DNA of 64,000 nt from contig RSEE01000051.1 in the NCBI GenBank assembly GCA_003971905.1, positions 310,001-374,000 of the forward strand, written 5' to 3'. The notes under the pieces were generated by a model, which made no database searches, was not told where the DNA came from, and saw only the letters and a list, made by a program, of their open reading frames with translations. Shown here piece after piece: positions 37,501 to 51,472 of the stretch. Position 1 is the first letter of the stretch, and the number at the start of each line of letters is the position of its first letter. This DNA comes from Moniliella sp. 'wahieum' (taxonomy: Eukaryota). A program made the position numbers and the translations under genes.

Positions 37501-38836
37501 GAGTAGGACGGCCGTACGAAAGTTGGTCAAGGCAGTGCCAAGTTCGTCCCGCACGTACGCCAGCTGGCCGGACACGAGCGCCCCAGCCCGACTCGGCGCA
37601 CACCCGAGCCAACGGAATGGAATCTTGTGTACGGGCGGGAGACGACAAGAAGAAGAGAAGGAGGAAGGGAGGCGCAACTGTGCTGGGTCGGATCCGGAGG
37701 GCGGTAGGGGGCTGGGAACGCGATGGAGACTCCGACTGGGATGCCGACCGTCCGGCCTGGGCAGCCGAGTCGGAACCAAAACTTCGTGCAGCGTGAGGGT
37801 AGGGCCTCTGCCTTTGCGGGCGCCTACGGCACGCAGGTCGCCCAAGCTGCGCATCATGGGTTGCCGGCGCGACGCCGCGATGAGCGGTCAGCATCGACCA
37901 GCGCTACCATCGCCGCAGTCACAGTGTGCAATTGGGCCAGGAGCGGCGCGCAGGGGTCGTGTGGAAGGCGGGGCGAGTCTGGGGTGGGCATATCTGATCC
38001 TTCATCTGTACCAACCGAAAGGAACGAAGACGCAGCAGGGTCACCAGCAAGACGATCGGAGAGGAAGAGGAGTTGCTGGAGAGCCTGGAGGACTTGGGTG
38101 CGATGTAGGCGACGTCTTGGTTGGCCTGAACGAGGCGGTCGGTACGGTGGAGACAGCCAAGTGCATCCCGCGTATCTTTGGCCTCGGCCACGACCGCGGC
38201 GGTGGCAGGGAGGAAGGAGGCAGGGTGAGCATTGCTGTCCAAGGCGGATTCCAGCTGGTAGCTAGCCTGGACCAAGGCAGGTGGCAAGCGGGACCGATCT
38301 GGAGTACTTGGGGCCAAGGGCGATCCGGAGCCCTGCAGGTTCGGCAGGTCCTGTTGCCTCTCCTCCTCCTCTTCCTCCTCCTCCTTATCCCCCCCGCTCC
38401 CGGGGGGTGGGTAGACGGGGACCGCTTCGTCTGCAGCGGAGATAGGGATGACGTAGTTGGAGGGGAACCAGCCACGCTGGCCGTTTGCCATCCCATCCCA
38501 CCAGCCGCTGGTGTGGCAGTGGAAGACAACAAGAGGTTCCCCAGCGGTGAGGGGATGCAGTTGGGCTGGTGGGGGTGCCAGTCATGGAGGGCGACAACGT
38601 CGAGGACGGAGAAAGGCTGGGCGGTGGAAGGAGAGAGGGTGGAGGTGGGGATTATGTGTCTTCTTCTTGGGGGGCGAGGACATCAATAGGCAGGTCGAGG
38701 GGAGCGAGAGAGGGGTGGGAAGGGAGGTGCAGGTCGGCGGTGAGGGGTCCAAGGCGGGACCAAGGGTGAGGGGGGGAGGGCGAGGGCGGGGGCTGGGGCT
38801 GCTCTGGGCGCTGTTGGCGGCAGTGGGGTGCAGCAT
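34532..38836 (-). CDS. Ras guanine-nucleotide exchange factor, Cdc25-like (SH3, REM, CDC25 domains)
   Basis: SH3 VALHDW...SGWWDGMANGQRGWFPSNYV. REM TFARTMPLFSTPEILAQTLYQRF. CDC25 EMARQLT...SNRIVGWVAHSIL...FIKIA|intron|RCLRLNNW...VRRLKQTW...RNYAAYR...PYLPYVGLALTDLTFALEGN...LINWAR. Start ATG and exon structure approximate. Confidence 0.88.
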
Positions 38837-41800
38837 TATGCTGGAGGTTGAAGGTTGAAGGCCAAGGGGTGGTGTGTGCCCCCGGAAAGAGGGCGCGTGG
38901 ACGTGGAGGAAAAAAGGAGGTGGTGGTGCCAAGAGAGAGGGGATGCTCCATCGGGGCCAACGCCTGGTGCGAGTGGCCGGGACGGAGTACGCGGGTGTGG
39001 GTTAGTGTGAGGTGCAAGGACTGGGTCTGTATATGAGTTGGCAGTTGTGAGTTCGAGGCACTAACTGTGACATGTGGGACCGGTGTGGCCCAGGACGCTC
39101 AGACAGAGGCTCGCACTTGCAAACAAACACGCCAGACTGCTGGGATGCGCAATGCGGGTGGATGGGTGCGCAGGGTACGTACTTCTGAGTGCGTGTGGGT
39201 TGCCAGATCCAGCCAGTGGCGGCAGGTGGCGCCCTGAGCACGTCGAGAGGGCAGGTGACCGGTGAGTAGTGTGAGTGAGTGGTATTGCGGGCCAGTGAGC
39301 TGAGTGGCTGAGGGGCAAACAAGAATAGCTCAGAATGGCAGGCCAAACGCCGATGAATGGTGCGGTGGTGCCAACGCGTCAACAGCGAGCGATGCATCCC
39401 AGATGTATATCTCTATGGGCGTTGGGGCGTATCGAGTAGCGAGTCTGACAGATCTGATCGATGATCTCAGATCCAAGGGTTGCCTATGCCAAGTTCCATG
39501 GAGCGTGACGGTGACGAGTGTCTAGGCGAGTGGGTGACCGGTGAGCGAACGAGTGTGGGGACGGGCAGCATGCGGGGCACGGGGATAGGCTTCTCCCTCT
39601 CTCGAAGAAGGGAGAGGGCATTGGCCTAATAATAAGCCTACGCCCTTTGAGCGCCCCCAAAGCCAAGTGCATGTGGGCCACAACGCCTTACAGCTAAGGC
39701 TTCGCTCTTAGCTTAAGAAAGCGTCTCGGCAGCCTCGGCTAGGTCCGACGGACGTGCACTAAACCAGCAGCCATCTTTGAAAACGTTGAACGTCGCACTG
39801 GTGGATTGGCGCAACCGATCCTTCTTGCAATCCCGTGCTCCAACTTAGGCCTGAGGCCGCTGGTGGCCACCTCAGACCACCAGCCACAGCCTGCCACAAC
39901 CAACACCCGCTTCTGTCCCTACTACGTATATATACGCGCCCCATCGGAAATATGCAAGATGCGTGAGATCTCAGAGTTCTCTCAGATGCGCATATTGCAT
40001 GCCCGCTTTGTATACGAACACCTGGCACGTGATGCATAACGCAGGAAGCGAGCTGATAGGTGGAAGAACGAACGACGCGGACGAGACGCTGGAGCTGCTA
40101 CAGGTGCTGCTAGCTGCCAGCGAGCGAGTTCCCCCAGTAAGCAGTCACATCTCAGATCTCTCGGAACTCACATCCTCCAATCTCAGACGATGCACGATGT
40201 TACATCGCCCGCAGTGAAGCTTGCAGCGGTGAAGCGGTGCCGGTGAAGCGGGTGAAGTAGTACCCAGTACGTAGTCCGTACCCGTACTCGATATAGAGTG
40301 TATTCTGTTGCATCACACATGTCACACGTCACAGGTACTCGGCAACTCAGTACTACACCAGTACGCAGTGCGCTCAGACCCCCTCAGCCGCTCAGCGCCT
40401 CAGCGCCTCAGCCTCGGCTGGTCATTGTTTTTCTTGGGCTTCCTTGCCACATGTCCCTGCGGTCTGCTGTTCCAGCTGTCCTACTGCCCAGCTGTTCTCG
40501 GTCCAGTTGTCCCTACGCCCCTCCTTCGCCCTCATCGGCCGAACCTGGTGTGGGGTTCGTTTCAATGTTATTTTCCAGGCGCCAGGCTTCCATTCAGCCA
40601 GTGTAGGCCAGTGCTGGGAGCTGCTCGGTCTCTTTCTCTCTATTGTAGTCCATGTCAGAGATCGGGATCCCTCGTTGAACGTTAATCGAAGTGATTCAAT
40701 ATTCAACTCAGTCTGAGCGCTGAGGCTCCGCGCTCGCGCTCATTCCTCTCATTCACGTTTCACCTCTCTCCTCCCGCGCCTCTAGTGTGGGGTGTGGCCT
40801 CTGGCATGTGGCCCACAAGGCCGGAATACGGGCCGAGGAGAGAGCATGCCCCTCCTCCCGCGCGGGAACAGGCCACAGGAGACCAGGACAGACCGGGAGA
40901 GCAGGCCATGATAAAGTCTGGACGGCGACGCGATCCGAAATACCCCCATCCACCGTCCCGCGCCAGTCCTCAGTCCCTGATTCCCGATCCCCCAAGTACC
41001 AACTACCAACTACCAAAAGTAGTAGGCATATTAAGTACGGAATCCAAACTCCAACGTCTATATACTGAGTTATTCACCAGTACGCGTACCGTGGAATATA
41101 GGCACCAAAACTGGGCCAAGTATGTGGACTATAGGTGTGAGAACTGCGAGTACTGAGTTGGTATCGAGGCAACTACCTTCACAGTAGGTTGTGAAATAAA
41201 ACAATAAGTATGCTCGCGCGGTATATACTCCGGTACTCGCGCGTCTCATCGATCTATGTAGACGGCGTAAGAACCTTATACAAGGATGGAACACGTAACG
41301 CGTGGGGCCTAAAGCATAAGGCCGGCCTAAGAGGCCTAATTAAGGGTCAAAGCTCAAAGACCGACGATATAGGCAATGTGGCACGTTGCACGGCGCATAT
41401 GTGTCCGAGAAGGCGGAAGAGAGAATGCCGATGAGCTACTTGAGCGTGAGCGCGTGTGAGAAGGAATAAGCGCGTGAGGAATGGTAATGAGCGCGTGTGA
41501 GGAATATAAATACTAAGTATTGAAGAAGAGTTGTGGGGTGTGTTCAACGTTCAACTGAACGTTCACACGCGCATGAGTCACTTGGCAAGATGATGGGTCG
41601 ATGTGTGGTGACCATGCACCCACTCACGCCTCTGGGAGAGCTAAGCAAACCAAAGCAAAGCAAAGCAAAACAGGCCACCCTCTCATTCATAAAAAAGAGG
41701 TCATATATGGCTACCTTCTAGGCCTTAGTGCTACCCCTCCCCCCCCATCCACCCCGCTTGCTTCAGCTTCTTCACAAGATGAGTGGGGTTTCAACGGGCA

Positions 41801-42729
41801 TACCTTGACGGGTGCCGCTTCCACATCAAATTCCCAACATCCGATTGGCACCCTTCCACCCTGGGCCAGGCCAATTACAGGAACTTGTTCCTCAGCTTTC
41901 ACCGCCCGCATCACTCATTCTTTGTAACTCATTTCGTTTCCTTAGTCTCTTGTTCCCGTTCAATGTGTGTGTGGCACCCGCGTCCGTTTTTTGTGCCCCC
42001 CCCCGATCGTCCGATCGCTTGTAGTCTAACTCATCCACCCATCCGCCCGCCGCGCCTAGACGGGCGCGGGGGCGGGCTCCAATCCCACTCATCAGGAAAA
42101 CGCCATGGGGGAGGCAAGCAAGTAAGGCAGGAGAAAATGCTGGGGGGGATGGAACTCAGCGAGGGCGCTCGTAAGGTACATCACCAATAAATAGAGAGTG
42201 TTGGGCAGCATAAATAACACATAACGACCGTGCCGTTGATAGCGTTGAACTCCCAACCCTGACCTCTGATACACGTGCAGAAAAATGGGGTTTTGTCTCT
42301 TGTTGTCTCTTGCGCCCACCTGCACTCGAGGTGGCGGGGCGCCTGTGTGGCATCGCCTGTCCTGTTGTGTAGTCCAGAACGTACCAGGAGACGGCAACGT
42401 ATGTCAGTGACTAATGAGGCCCTGCAGACACCCTTCTGTTCGACCAAAGAGGGTCTTCGCCTTACTTTTTTTGTTGCTGGGACACATACCGGGCACTCCT
42501 TTTATACCGGTTACACTGACACTCCCTTGTGATCGATCAAGTTGAGATGTCACTTTGTTGACGCTGTTGAAGCGGCGTTGTCATATCTACTGTTGGGCCT
42601 ATAGAAAAGGACCGCAACAGAGTAGTAGAAAGCGTACTATAGGACAGCATAACGCGTATAAACTGCAGTGGACAGGGGATGAGCTCGTTCTACTTTTCTT
42701 GGCGGGCGCTGGTGCGTCTATTTCATATG

Positions 42730-43110
42730 GGGGTCTGCTACGTGAGGCCTGAGGTTGTTGCCTTCGTCAAACATACGGGTCCTCGATCCAAAGTCAATCT
42801 CGAGTGTTGTGGACCGCCTTTGTGCTGTATGGACATCTTTTTCTCGTCCCGTTTCAGATCCCTCTCATCTGTGGGATCATGTCTCTTCCGAAAGTTCCGA
42901 CCCGTTCTGGTGGCGGCGCGTCATCGAACATCATATTTGATCTTTGCTTCCAACTGTGGGACACCGATGGAACTCGGAATCAGCCCCATCATCGTCTTGG
43001 GTATGAGTAATCTCAACTGCTCACTGGTGCCAACCTCATCAAGGTTACCTTAGGCCTGAAGGAGATCCATGGCCTTTGTTGGCGGCGAAGCTGAGAAACG
43101 TTTTGTCATT
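42730..43110 (+). pseudogene. SEC61: Decayed 5' fragment of SEC61 alpha
   Basis: Broken frames give LWTAFVL..LFLV..QIPL.GIMSS.SSDPFWWRRV/IFASNCGTPMELGISPIIV.GM..QLLTGANLI.V..GLKE...F.G..EK.F, matching the Sec61alpha N-terminus ([20 protein letters not shown]). It has substitutions at conserved sites, a 17-nt insertion and no downstream continuation. Confidence 0.8.
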
Positions 43111-43924
43111 TTCTCACCCCGCAGAGTCAGGCTATAGGGTGGTCATTCTGTCCGCGCAACCTATATTGTGCCACATTCCCTCGCAGCTCGACGGCAGGAG
43201 GTGATCAGGCTATTAGGCTCATTGCTCATCCTTTTCAGTTTGTCGTTGCTGGACTCATTGCGATTCTGTGTTGGTACGAGCTGGTGGCTAAGGGGTACCG
43301 CATATGATCGGGAACCAACCTGCTTCTTGTCAGCAACATTAACGAGAAGATCGCCTGAAAGCCCATTCAGCCCCATCAGACCCCACCTCGGTCAACACCG
43401 TTCTCTGAGAGGAGCTTCATAGCCCGAGGCCGATCTGATTAGTTTCGGACCATAATCAGAGACGTAGTGAGAGGCGAGAAATCTGGGGGGTTTGAAAGGG
43501 GAGAGGGGGGCGGAGAGAGCAAAGGTCTCCTGGAGGAACTTTCCACACCGGCGGTGCTTTGGGATAGCTTGGGGATTGGCTGTAAAGTGTAGTTATGGCA
43601 CGGTTAACCTCATGTTGTTTTTCACAACGATGGCTGCTGTGAGTGGCACCGTTACGGGGGTCGCTACGGGCCGGCTCGCCTAAACAACCCATCTAGTCAG
43701 TTGCGCCTAATAAACGGAGAATGTTTCATCCTTGGATCTGGACGACCAAGATCGAGTCCTTTTTCCGTACGGATGAGAAGATCTGTGCGTGAAGAGCCTT
43801 GAGTCCCTAATACTGATTCTATATTCTACCTCAAATTTGGTCTTTGGTCTTGAGCGCAAGTGGGCTCTAAGTTGAGCTGCCGGATCTGGAGACGTCCATC
43901 CCTAATCCGTGCGTCTCGTTTTCG

Positions 43925-44193
43925 TGTGAGGTTCCTCCCTGTTCCCTTTTACATTCTTTCTGAGGGCAGAGAACCTCTGCCTATTATTACTTTGGCGTTT
44001 TTCGTGTTTGGCTATTCCTCTGTTCCTACAGGAAACATTTCTTCCCTACTTGATCTGTGCTTCGTTTGAGATCCATTCGCCTTTATTCCTTCCTGTTACT
44101 ATACGTTAAATTGATTGTTGTTTCCTTCTTAACGTTCCTGTCTGTATGGCATTTCTTCTATGTTCTCCCCCTCGCGGGTCATTTTGTAACAAC
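43925..44193 (+). mobile_element. Possible solo LTR-like element
   Basis: TGTGAGG start, ...AACAACA end, T-rich interior with ctata; no second copy seen. Confidence 0.25.
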
Positions 44194-45204
44194 ATCTCCT
44201 TCCGAATCCATCCTTGATCAGACTTACCAGACAACATCCGCGTTTATATTCCCTACAGCTCACCACAATTCCCACCGCCCAGCTTCAGGAACCCCCTCAT
44301 GGTCTTCCCGAATCCTGCAGTCCAGGCATCCTTTGCTGTCGATCTCATCTCTCCAGCGTTCAGTCTCCTCTGTATACGGATCTTGCCGCGATCCTATACA
44401 AGAGAGTAGCATTGTTCTGCGACAGGACCTGTCCGATCCTCTGTCTTTAAGTATCTGTGTCAACCTTCCACCAACTGTTGAAGGTTCTGCGTCTACAGGC
44501 ACGCTAGCCCTGCTCGTTCCGGTGCATATACAACCTTGTCATGCACACGAGCCGACGCCCCAATTGAGAGGTCTCACCTCGTCTCGATATATAGCTCCGT
44601 TGTAGGATCCGCCAATAATAGCGTTCAAGCCCGATAAACCGTGAGTGTTGGACTCTTGGCCTGCAAGGGAAAGTACCCCTAAACCGTGGCTTGGGCTCCA
44701 GCTTGGGGCCCGCCTGTCACAGACACTGCCCTATAGTTGTAGTTAGAGGTTTGATCTAGACTTTTGGCCTGCGTCGCGCTCCCACATGATGCCTCCACCT
44801 TGATCCAATTGTAAACCGCACATGTACTAGCCATCATTGCTGGCGCACTCCTCTGTTCTTGCTTGCCACCCGCACCTCTTCGCGCACTTCGTTACCTCGT
44901 TCGCGCTTATTTGCTTCTGGTAGCCCAGACCGCGCCGTCTGTCTGCCGTAGTACGCGGCTGCAGTGCGCAGGTCGGGAGTGGGCACAAACGGAGGCACGG
45001 TGTGCGGCAAACACGTGATACTGTCACAGCCATGATGGTGTGTGGCACGTGGCATGGCACTGCCTGCTGAGTCTGCCGATCGATGATCACACACCGGTGA
45101 CGCGTGACGGTGACGCTCTCCATTGCAGCACCCCATCGGGTCTGGCGCAGGTGGGCCAGTTGAGGTTGGGCTCGGGATTGGAGCGGGTGGAAATTGGAAA
45201 GCAG

Positions 45205-45800
45205 ATGGTCAGATCGTCAGGCCAGAGATCAGAGATCATCCATCGATCAGATCACATCGATCTCATCAGGATCTGAGAGGGTCCGATGCGTGCATGTTGC
45301 CCTTGGTTTGCAGCGTCGGGCCCATATGCCTTCGGCCTACCTCAGCGTTCAGGCTGAGGTCAGCGCTGAGGCTCAGCGCGCTGAGGCCGACGTGGAGGCT
45401 AGCTGAGGCACTGAGGGGATGGTCGATGGTCGAGGGGGGGCGATGCTGAGCAGCTGAGGGCGCTGAGGCGCTGTGGCGGATGGCACGTATGTGAAAAATG
45501 GCCAGGGCTCGTCTAGTCGCCTAAGGGGTTAGTAACCGGCCTAGCCGACCCAAGGCCAAAGGCCTAACCCCAAGCACGGACTGCCGAGTAGGGGCAGTTA
45601 CTAGTTACTGGTCACTAGGTCACTACTAGGTCACTAGGCCACTAGCACTAGTCAGCTAGTCACCGTCACCAGCAACGAGCAGCTAGCACCTGCCAGCAAG
45701 TAGAAATCGATATTCGACAAACCAATCATCGATCAACTAATGATGCTTCCGATGGTTGAAGGATGCTTCCCTAGTCACGTGAAGCTTGAAGCTTGAAGCC
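45205..45800. repeat. Consecutive word blocks upstream of TPS2: GATC/AGATC, GCTGAG, CTAG/GTCAC, GCTTGAA
   Basis: cagatcgtcag..agatcagagatcatccatcgatcagatc; gctgaggtcagcgctgaggctcagcgcgctgagg; gtcactaggtcactactaggtcactagg; gaagcttgaagcttgaagc. Confidence 0.8.
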
Positions 45801-46012
45801 GGGCACGGGGCCAGCGAAAGGCGCTGAATGTTTCCGCGCGGCGAGCGTGCTGGGGATGACGGTGGAGGTGTTTGAGCTAGCCGGCTGGCGGTTGGATGTG
45901 GCAGGCAGGGTGCTGGGGTTACCGGTTAGCATTCGTCCGCCCGTCCACAACACCTCTCTCGCACAGACCCAGCGATCTCAAAGCTAGGTTCCCTCTGTCC
46001 TTCCATCCTCTT

Positions 46013-46060
46013 CGCCATCGCCATCGCCATCGCCATCGCCATCGCCATCGCCATTGCCAT
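46013..46060 (+). repeat. (CGCCAT)n microsatellite in the TPS2 5' leader
   Basis: cgccatcgccatcgccatcgccatcgccatcgccatcgccattgccat. Confidence 0.9.
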
Positions 46061-46116
46061 CCCATCCCACCACACCGCCAGCCCATCCCCATCCCCATCC
46101 CCCTCCCCTCACCACC

Positions 46117-49100
46117 ATGCCGCTCCCACCCGGCACGCAGCCCCCGCATGCACCCTCGCAGGCTTCCAAGCGCGCCTCCCCCTCCCTCCTCGGCCCCGGC
46201 GTGTACGCCGACGAGCCGCCGCTCTTCCCCCCCGCGCCGCCCATTGGCGCCCAAGCCCCGCCCACCACGACGCCTCCTGGCCTGCTTCGCTCGCCCCGCC
46301 CCCTTCCTCCAAGGGCCCGCTCGGCACCAAGGACCGCCCCTCGCGTCCCGCGCCACAGAACTCGCTCGTGCCCCCCGTCTTCTCTTCTATGTCCGAACCC
46401 GTCGTGCCCCCGCCCCCACCCTCGCCCTCGCTCAGTGAATGCGCCGACCTTCCGCCACCCACGCCGTCTGGCACTTCGCACCCCCATCACCACCATTCCT
46501 ATTCCCATTCCCATTCCCATTCTCACCCCCATTCTCCTTCTCCTTCTCACACCCATCCCCAGCACGGTCGCGGCCATACCCACCCCCCAACCACAACCAC
46601 AATCACAACCACAACCACAGCCATCCCCCTCACCACTCGCACCCCCACTCGCACTCGCACTCCCATGGGGCCAACGCCACTGCCACTCGGGCGCTCCACT
46701 CTGCTGCTCGCCGCTTGAGCATCGACAGTCGCGGTCGGCGCAGCAGCATGGACAGTGTAGCGACCGCGACGGATGCGCACACCCATACCAGTTTGGATGA
46801 GCGGCCGCAATTTGAGACGATCAGTCAGATCCGTGCCTCGCTCGCTGATCTCGAAAGGGCGTACAGTTCGCAACCGTCGCCACGCCGTTATCTGGTCGCA
46901 TCATCCATGTGAGCCATTACATTCCCTTTGTCGTGCGTGCGCTGGCGGAGGTGGATTTTGAGCGGCGGGAGAAAGAGCGGGAAGAGGCGCGGCAGACTGT
47001 GGCTGCCATGGCTGCGGCTGCACGCGCGCGTCGTGCAGCGCGCGAGGCCGAGACGCAACGGGAAACTCTGTTGGCCGATATGCATGTCAAGCTAGCGGAA
47101 CCGGGGATGAGCTTGGCAGCGCGGAGAGAGAGCATGCACGAGGCTGCGTCGCGCATGGCCCTTCATGGGATTGAAGGACAAGACATGTATGCGCTGTTGG
47201 AGGAGAACCAGGCGCGGTCCAAGGCGCGTGCCGGGCGGCGCGCATGGATGAAATCCGATCCGATCGACGATGAGGATGATGAGCTGGAAGGCGATGTGGA
47301 TGATTTGAAAGATCGGTTTACCCCGATCGGCTCTCGTCGTTCGTCGAACAACCAGTACCCTACCTCGCGCCATTCTTCCTTTGGCGCTGGAGACGCTACT
47401 ACCCTGGCGCCCTTGACGGCGGTACGGGCCGAGGCAGCGGGGGCGCGCGGGAGCCGGAGCGGGAGCGGGAACGGGAGCCAGGGCGAAAGACACGTCTTCG
47501 CCTGCGGGCGTGGCTTCCACGCTACCCTCTTCTGCTCCCGCTGTTGAATCCGCCGTGTCCTCGGACCCGGCTGCGACCCAGGCATTGGATCAGTGGGTGT
47601 TGACCCCTCGTCGGGGCCATACCGCATTGAACAGTGGAGTGCGGAGCTTGTGCAAGACGCATCACCAGACGTTCATTGGGTGGCCTGGGGACATTGTATT
47701 TGCCGCGCAGGCGCGCGGGGATATGCGTACCGAGCCTGACCAGCTTACTGCTGAGGAGAAGGCACAGATTGAAAAGGCATTGGGGGATTTGGAGGATCCG
47801 AATCAATGGGCATCACGGTTAGCTTCTGTGCCTGGTGCTCCGAAGGACCCTTCGGGTGCCGACCCTGTATCGCGTGTGCCCACGCCGCAGATGAATGGGG
47901 CGGATCCGATTGTGGCTTCGCGGCCTAAGGGTCCGCTGGTACCTGAGGCACTAACGCAAGCGAGACTTCACAAGGTCTTTCGTACCGCCGCTTCTGCTGC
48001 CAAGGAGGAGCGGAGAGAAGAGTACGAAGAAGAGGAGCATTTGGATGGTCACGAGGACCATGGGATCAAGTATGTGCCAGTCTGGATGGATTCCAAGGTA
48101 GCGCATGGGTTTTACGAAGGGTACTGCAAGACAGTGTTGTGGCCGCTACTGCATTACCTGTTATGGGAGGATGTGAACCCAACGAATGGGTCGACATGGG
48201 ACGACTCGACGTGGGATGCGTACTATGCTGCGAACCAGGCGTTTGCACAACGGATTGCGCAAGAGTACCAAGCTGGGGACATGGTGATTGTGCATGACTA
48301 CCATTTATTGTTGGTGCCCAAACTGTTGCGTGAGCTTGTGCCGGACGCGCACATTACACTCTTTATGCACGCGCCCTTCCCTTCGAGCGAAGTGTTCCGG
48401 TGCCTGCCGAAGCGGACCGAGATCCTAGAGGGCATGTTGGGTGCCGACCTAGCTTGTTTCCAGACCTTCTCTTACTCGCGCCACTTCCTCTCTTCGTGCA
48501 TTCGAGTGTGCGGGTTCGATGCGTCGTACAATGCAGTCGAATCGTTGAACGGGCAGGTAACTTCGATCAGCTACAACCCGATCGGGATAGATGCGGCCAA
48601 GATCTCCAAGGACGCCAAGTCGCCCGGGGTTCGACCGAAGATTGAGGCGTTTAAGCGCATGTACAAGGACATGAAGATCATTGTTGGAAGGGACAAGTTG
48701 GATGTGGTGCGTGGGGTACTGCAAAAGCTGCAGGCATTCAAGAAACTATTGGACGAGTACCCGGAATGGAGGGGCAAAGTAGTTTTGATCCAAGTCACTG
48801 CACCGGCCGTGCACGATTCGCCTGCGCTCGAACGCGAGGTGAGCGAGTTGGTGTCGCAGATCAACTCGGAGTTTGGCACCTTGTCCTTTGCGCCTGTGCA
48901 CCACTACCACCAGATCATCGATCGCGACGAGTACTTTGCGCTGCTCGGCGTGGCCGACTTGGCGCTGGTCACGTCGGTGCGCGATGGGATGAACACGACG
49001 TCGATGGAGTACGTGATTTGCCAAGAAGAGTATGGCAAAAAATCGCCGTTGGTCTTGTCTGAGTTTACTGGTACAGCGAGCCGGATGCGGACGGCGTTGC

Positions 49101-50521
49101 AGGTGAACCCGTGGAACATTTGGGGAGTCGCCAAGGCCATCCATGAAGCTCTCACTCTCGCTCCGGACGACAAGGCCCAGCGCCACCGGCACGCCTACGA
49201 CCAAGTCACGTTGCACACGTCCCACACGTGGGCTGCGACGAGTTAGTGCGTCAATTGGTGTACCGGTTGCACGTGGAGCAAACGTCGCACCTTACGCCTG
49301 AACTGGATGTGAGTGCGATCCAAGCCGATTGGCTTGCTGCTGTGGCGGGACGGCAGCCCGGGCCGGGCGAACGGTTGATCTTGCTCGATTATGATGGGAC
49401 CTTGACGCCGATTGTGCGTGTGCCCGAGATGGCCTTGCCGTCAGAACGGTTGATTTCGACGTTGGCGCGACTGAGTGCGGATGAACGGAACGTGATCTTT
49501 ATCATTTCGGGGCGGGACCAAAAGTTCCTCAGCCAGCATCTCGGGCATCTTGACCGGATTGGCTTTTCGGCCGAACACGGCTCGTTTGTCAAGGAACCAG
49601 GAGAGGAGGAGCCATGGATCAACATCGCAGAAGACTTTGACTTGTCGTGGAAAGCCGACATTCGCGCGATCTTTGAGTACTATACTGAGGTACGTCCCCC
49701 CCCCCCCCCCCCTAAACGGTACACATCATGTTCCTAGACAGACAATTCTGACACATGTGTAGCGCACGACGGGCTCGTCGATCGAAGAAAAGGAAAGCTC
49801 GATTACGTGGCACTACCGTAACGCCGATCCCGACTTTGGTTCGTTCCAAGCGAAAGAGTGTCAAGCGCACCTGGAGAACATGTTGGACTACAACCGTCTT
49901 CCGATCGAAGTGATGGTGGGCAAGAAGAACCTCGAAGTGCGTCCGTTGGCAGTGAACAAGGGCGAGATTGTCAAGCGCATCTTGGCCGCACATCCGTCGG
50001 CTCAATTTGTCTTTTGTGCCGGCGACGACAAGACGGACGAAGATATGTTCCGAGCACTCACCGCCGTCAACCGAACGGGGGAAATGACCCTGCACGAGAA
50101 CCGAGCGGGATCGCCTCCCGTCCATTCTAACTCTCATTCCCACTCCCACTCCCATTCTCAATCTCAATCTCAACTTCAGGGAGAGAACGAAGGTGTGGGT
50201 CTGAGCGCCGCGTCACACGATCCGCCCGTGACACCGAGCCAGCACACTTCGCCCGACCCTGCTGCCGAAGAAGAGTTCCACGAGTCGGACGACGACTTGG
50301 CGCCGCACCCGTGGGAAGCGGCGATGGGCATGGGCATGGGCGCGCCGCATGGGACGACTTCTCATCCTACCGGCAGTCCGTTACTTCGTGCCGAGTCCGG
50401 TCCGTTCCGCCTGTACACAGTCACCGTTGGTCCGGCCACTAAGAAGACGATTGCCCATTGGCATGTGGGCCAGCCGAGCCAGGTGATCGATGTGTTGGCT
50501 ACCTTTGCCGCTGAGGCGTGA
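46117..50521 (+). CDS. TPS2: Trehalose-6-phosphate phosphatase (GT20 synthase-like domain plus HAD phosphatase)
   Basis: GFYEGYCKTVLWPLLHY, VHDYHLLLVP, FMHAPFPSSEVFR, IVGRDKLD, VRDGMN. Intact HAD motif LDYDGTLTPIV, ISGRD, SAEHG, GKKNLEVRP, CAGDDKTDEDMF. Intron 49690-49762; long Pro/His-rich N-terminus; several indels. Confidence 0.93.
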
Positions 50522-51472
50522 ATCTTGAATCTTGAATCTCGCTCGTAACCGCACCCCTTTCCCCTTTGCCCTTTCCCCCGCGCTCGCCATCACATCACCC
50601 CGACGCTACCTCTGCGCTGGGCCTCGCGCGCCCAGTGCACCCCTTTCCCACCCATCACCACTCACTTTGACTAGGACTTGCGACCTACTCTAATTCCAAG
50701 AACGGATCGAGAGACCGAGCGTCAGCCGGCGAAGCACCCTGGCAAGAACCAAGAGGGGGAGGAGGGGGGGGGGCGCGGTACTTGTTTCTAAGCTCTCTCG
50801 GCCCTCTCGGCTCTCTTGATTCTCTTTGCTCTCTTTGCTCTCTCGGCTCTCTTGGCTATGCTGGCTTTCTGGGTTTTTGTATCAGTCACGGACGCGGGCG
50901 CGGGACATAATAGTTCTTTTGTTGCTTGCTTTCTTGCTTTTTTTCTTTTCTTTTCTTTTGTTCTCTTTTCTTTTCTTTTCTTTCCTCTCATCGTCCTATT
51001 GCCAATCGAAACCAAATCGTGGATGCCCTCTTGAACAGATGGGAGAGAGCGATCGGAGACCAGGTAGGATGTACATGTACACGCAGCTAGACAGGTCCCG
51101 GTTGGGTGTCGGGTGGGGTCCTGGGAGTCCGAAGCGGGATGGATAAGCATATGGGATAGATGCACAAGGACAAGGATTAGCGCTTCGGCAGGGAGCAACG
51201 AGGAGGGCAAGCCAAGAGCACAGGTTCATCGTTCGCAGAGAACACAAAGAGGGGAGCGATAGGAAAAGAAAACATAAGGAAAGGCGTAGGCACATGGCGC
51301 ATGGGGGAGGGAGGGAGGGAGGAAGAGGAGGCAGTCCAGAAAGCAATGGAGTGGGAGGGTAAGAAGGAGGCAGGACCCAAAGGGCAGTGACTTCCAAGGA
51401 AGCAAGCCGGACGGATACAGGGAAGGGGGAACGAGGGCGGGAATCAGACTAGCTACTAGCGACTAGCGAGAA

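Noticed and set aside
37391..38689. 432-aa plus-strand ORF (and the similar 368-aa ORF at 3231-4337)
   Set aside because: Antisense to the RasGEF and hypothetical genes in GC-rich, stop-poor sequence
50790..50990. CT/T-rich tract with short ORFs (KRAERAKRAK...)
   Set aside because: Low-complexity sequence between convergent 3' ends; the ORFs are by-products of simple repeats
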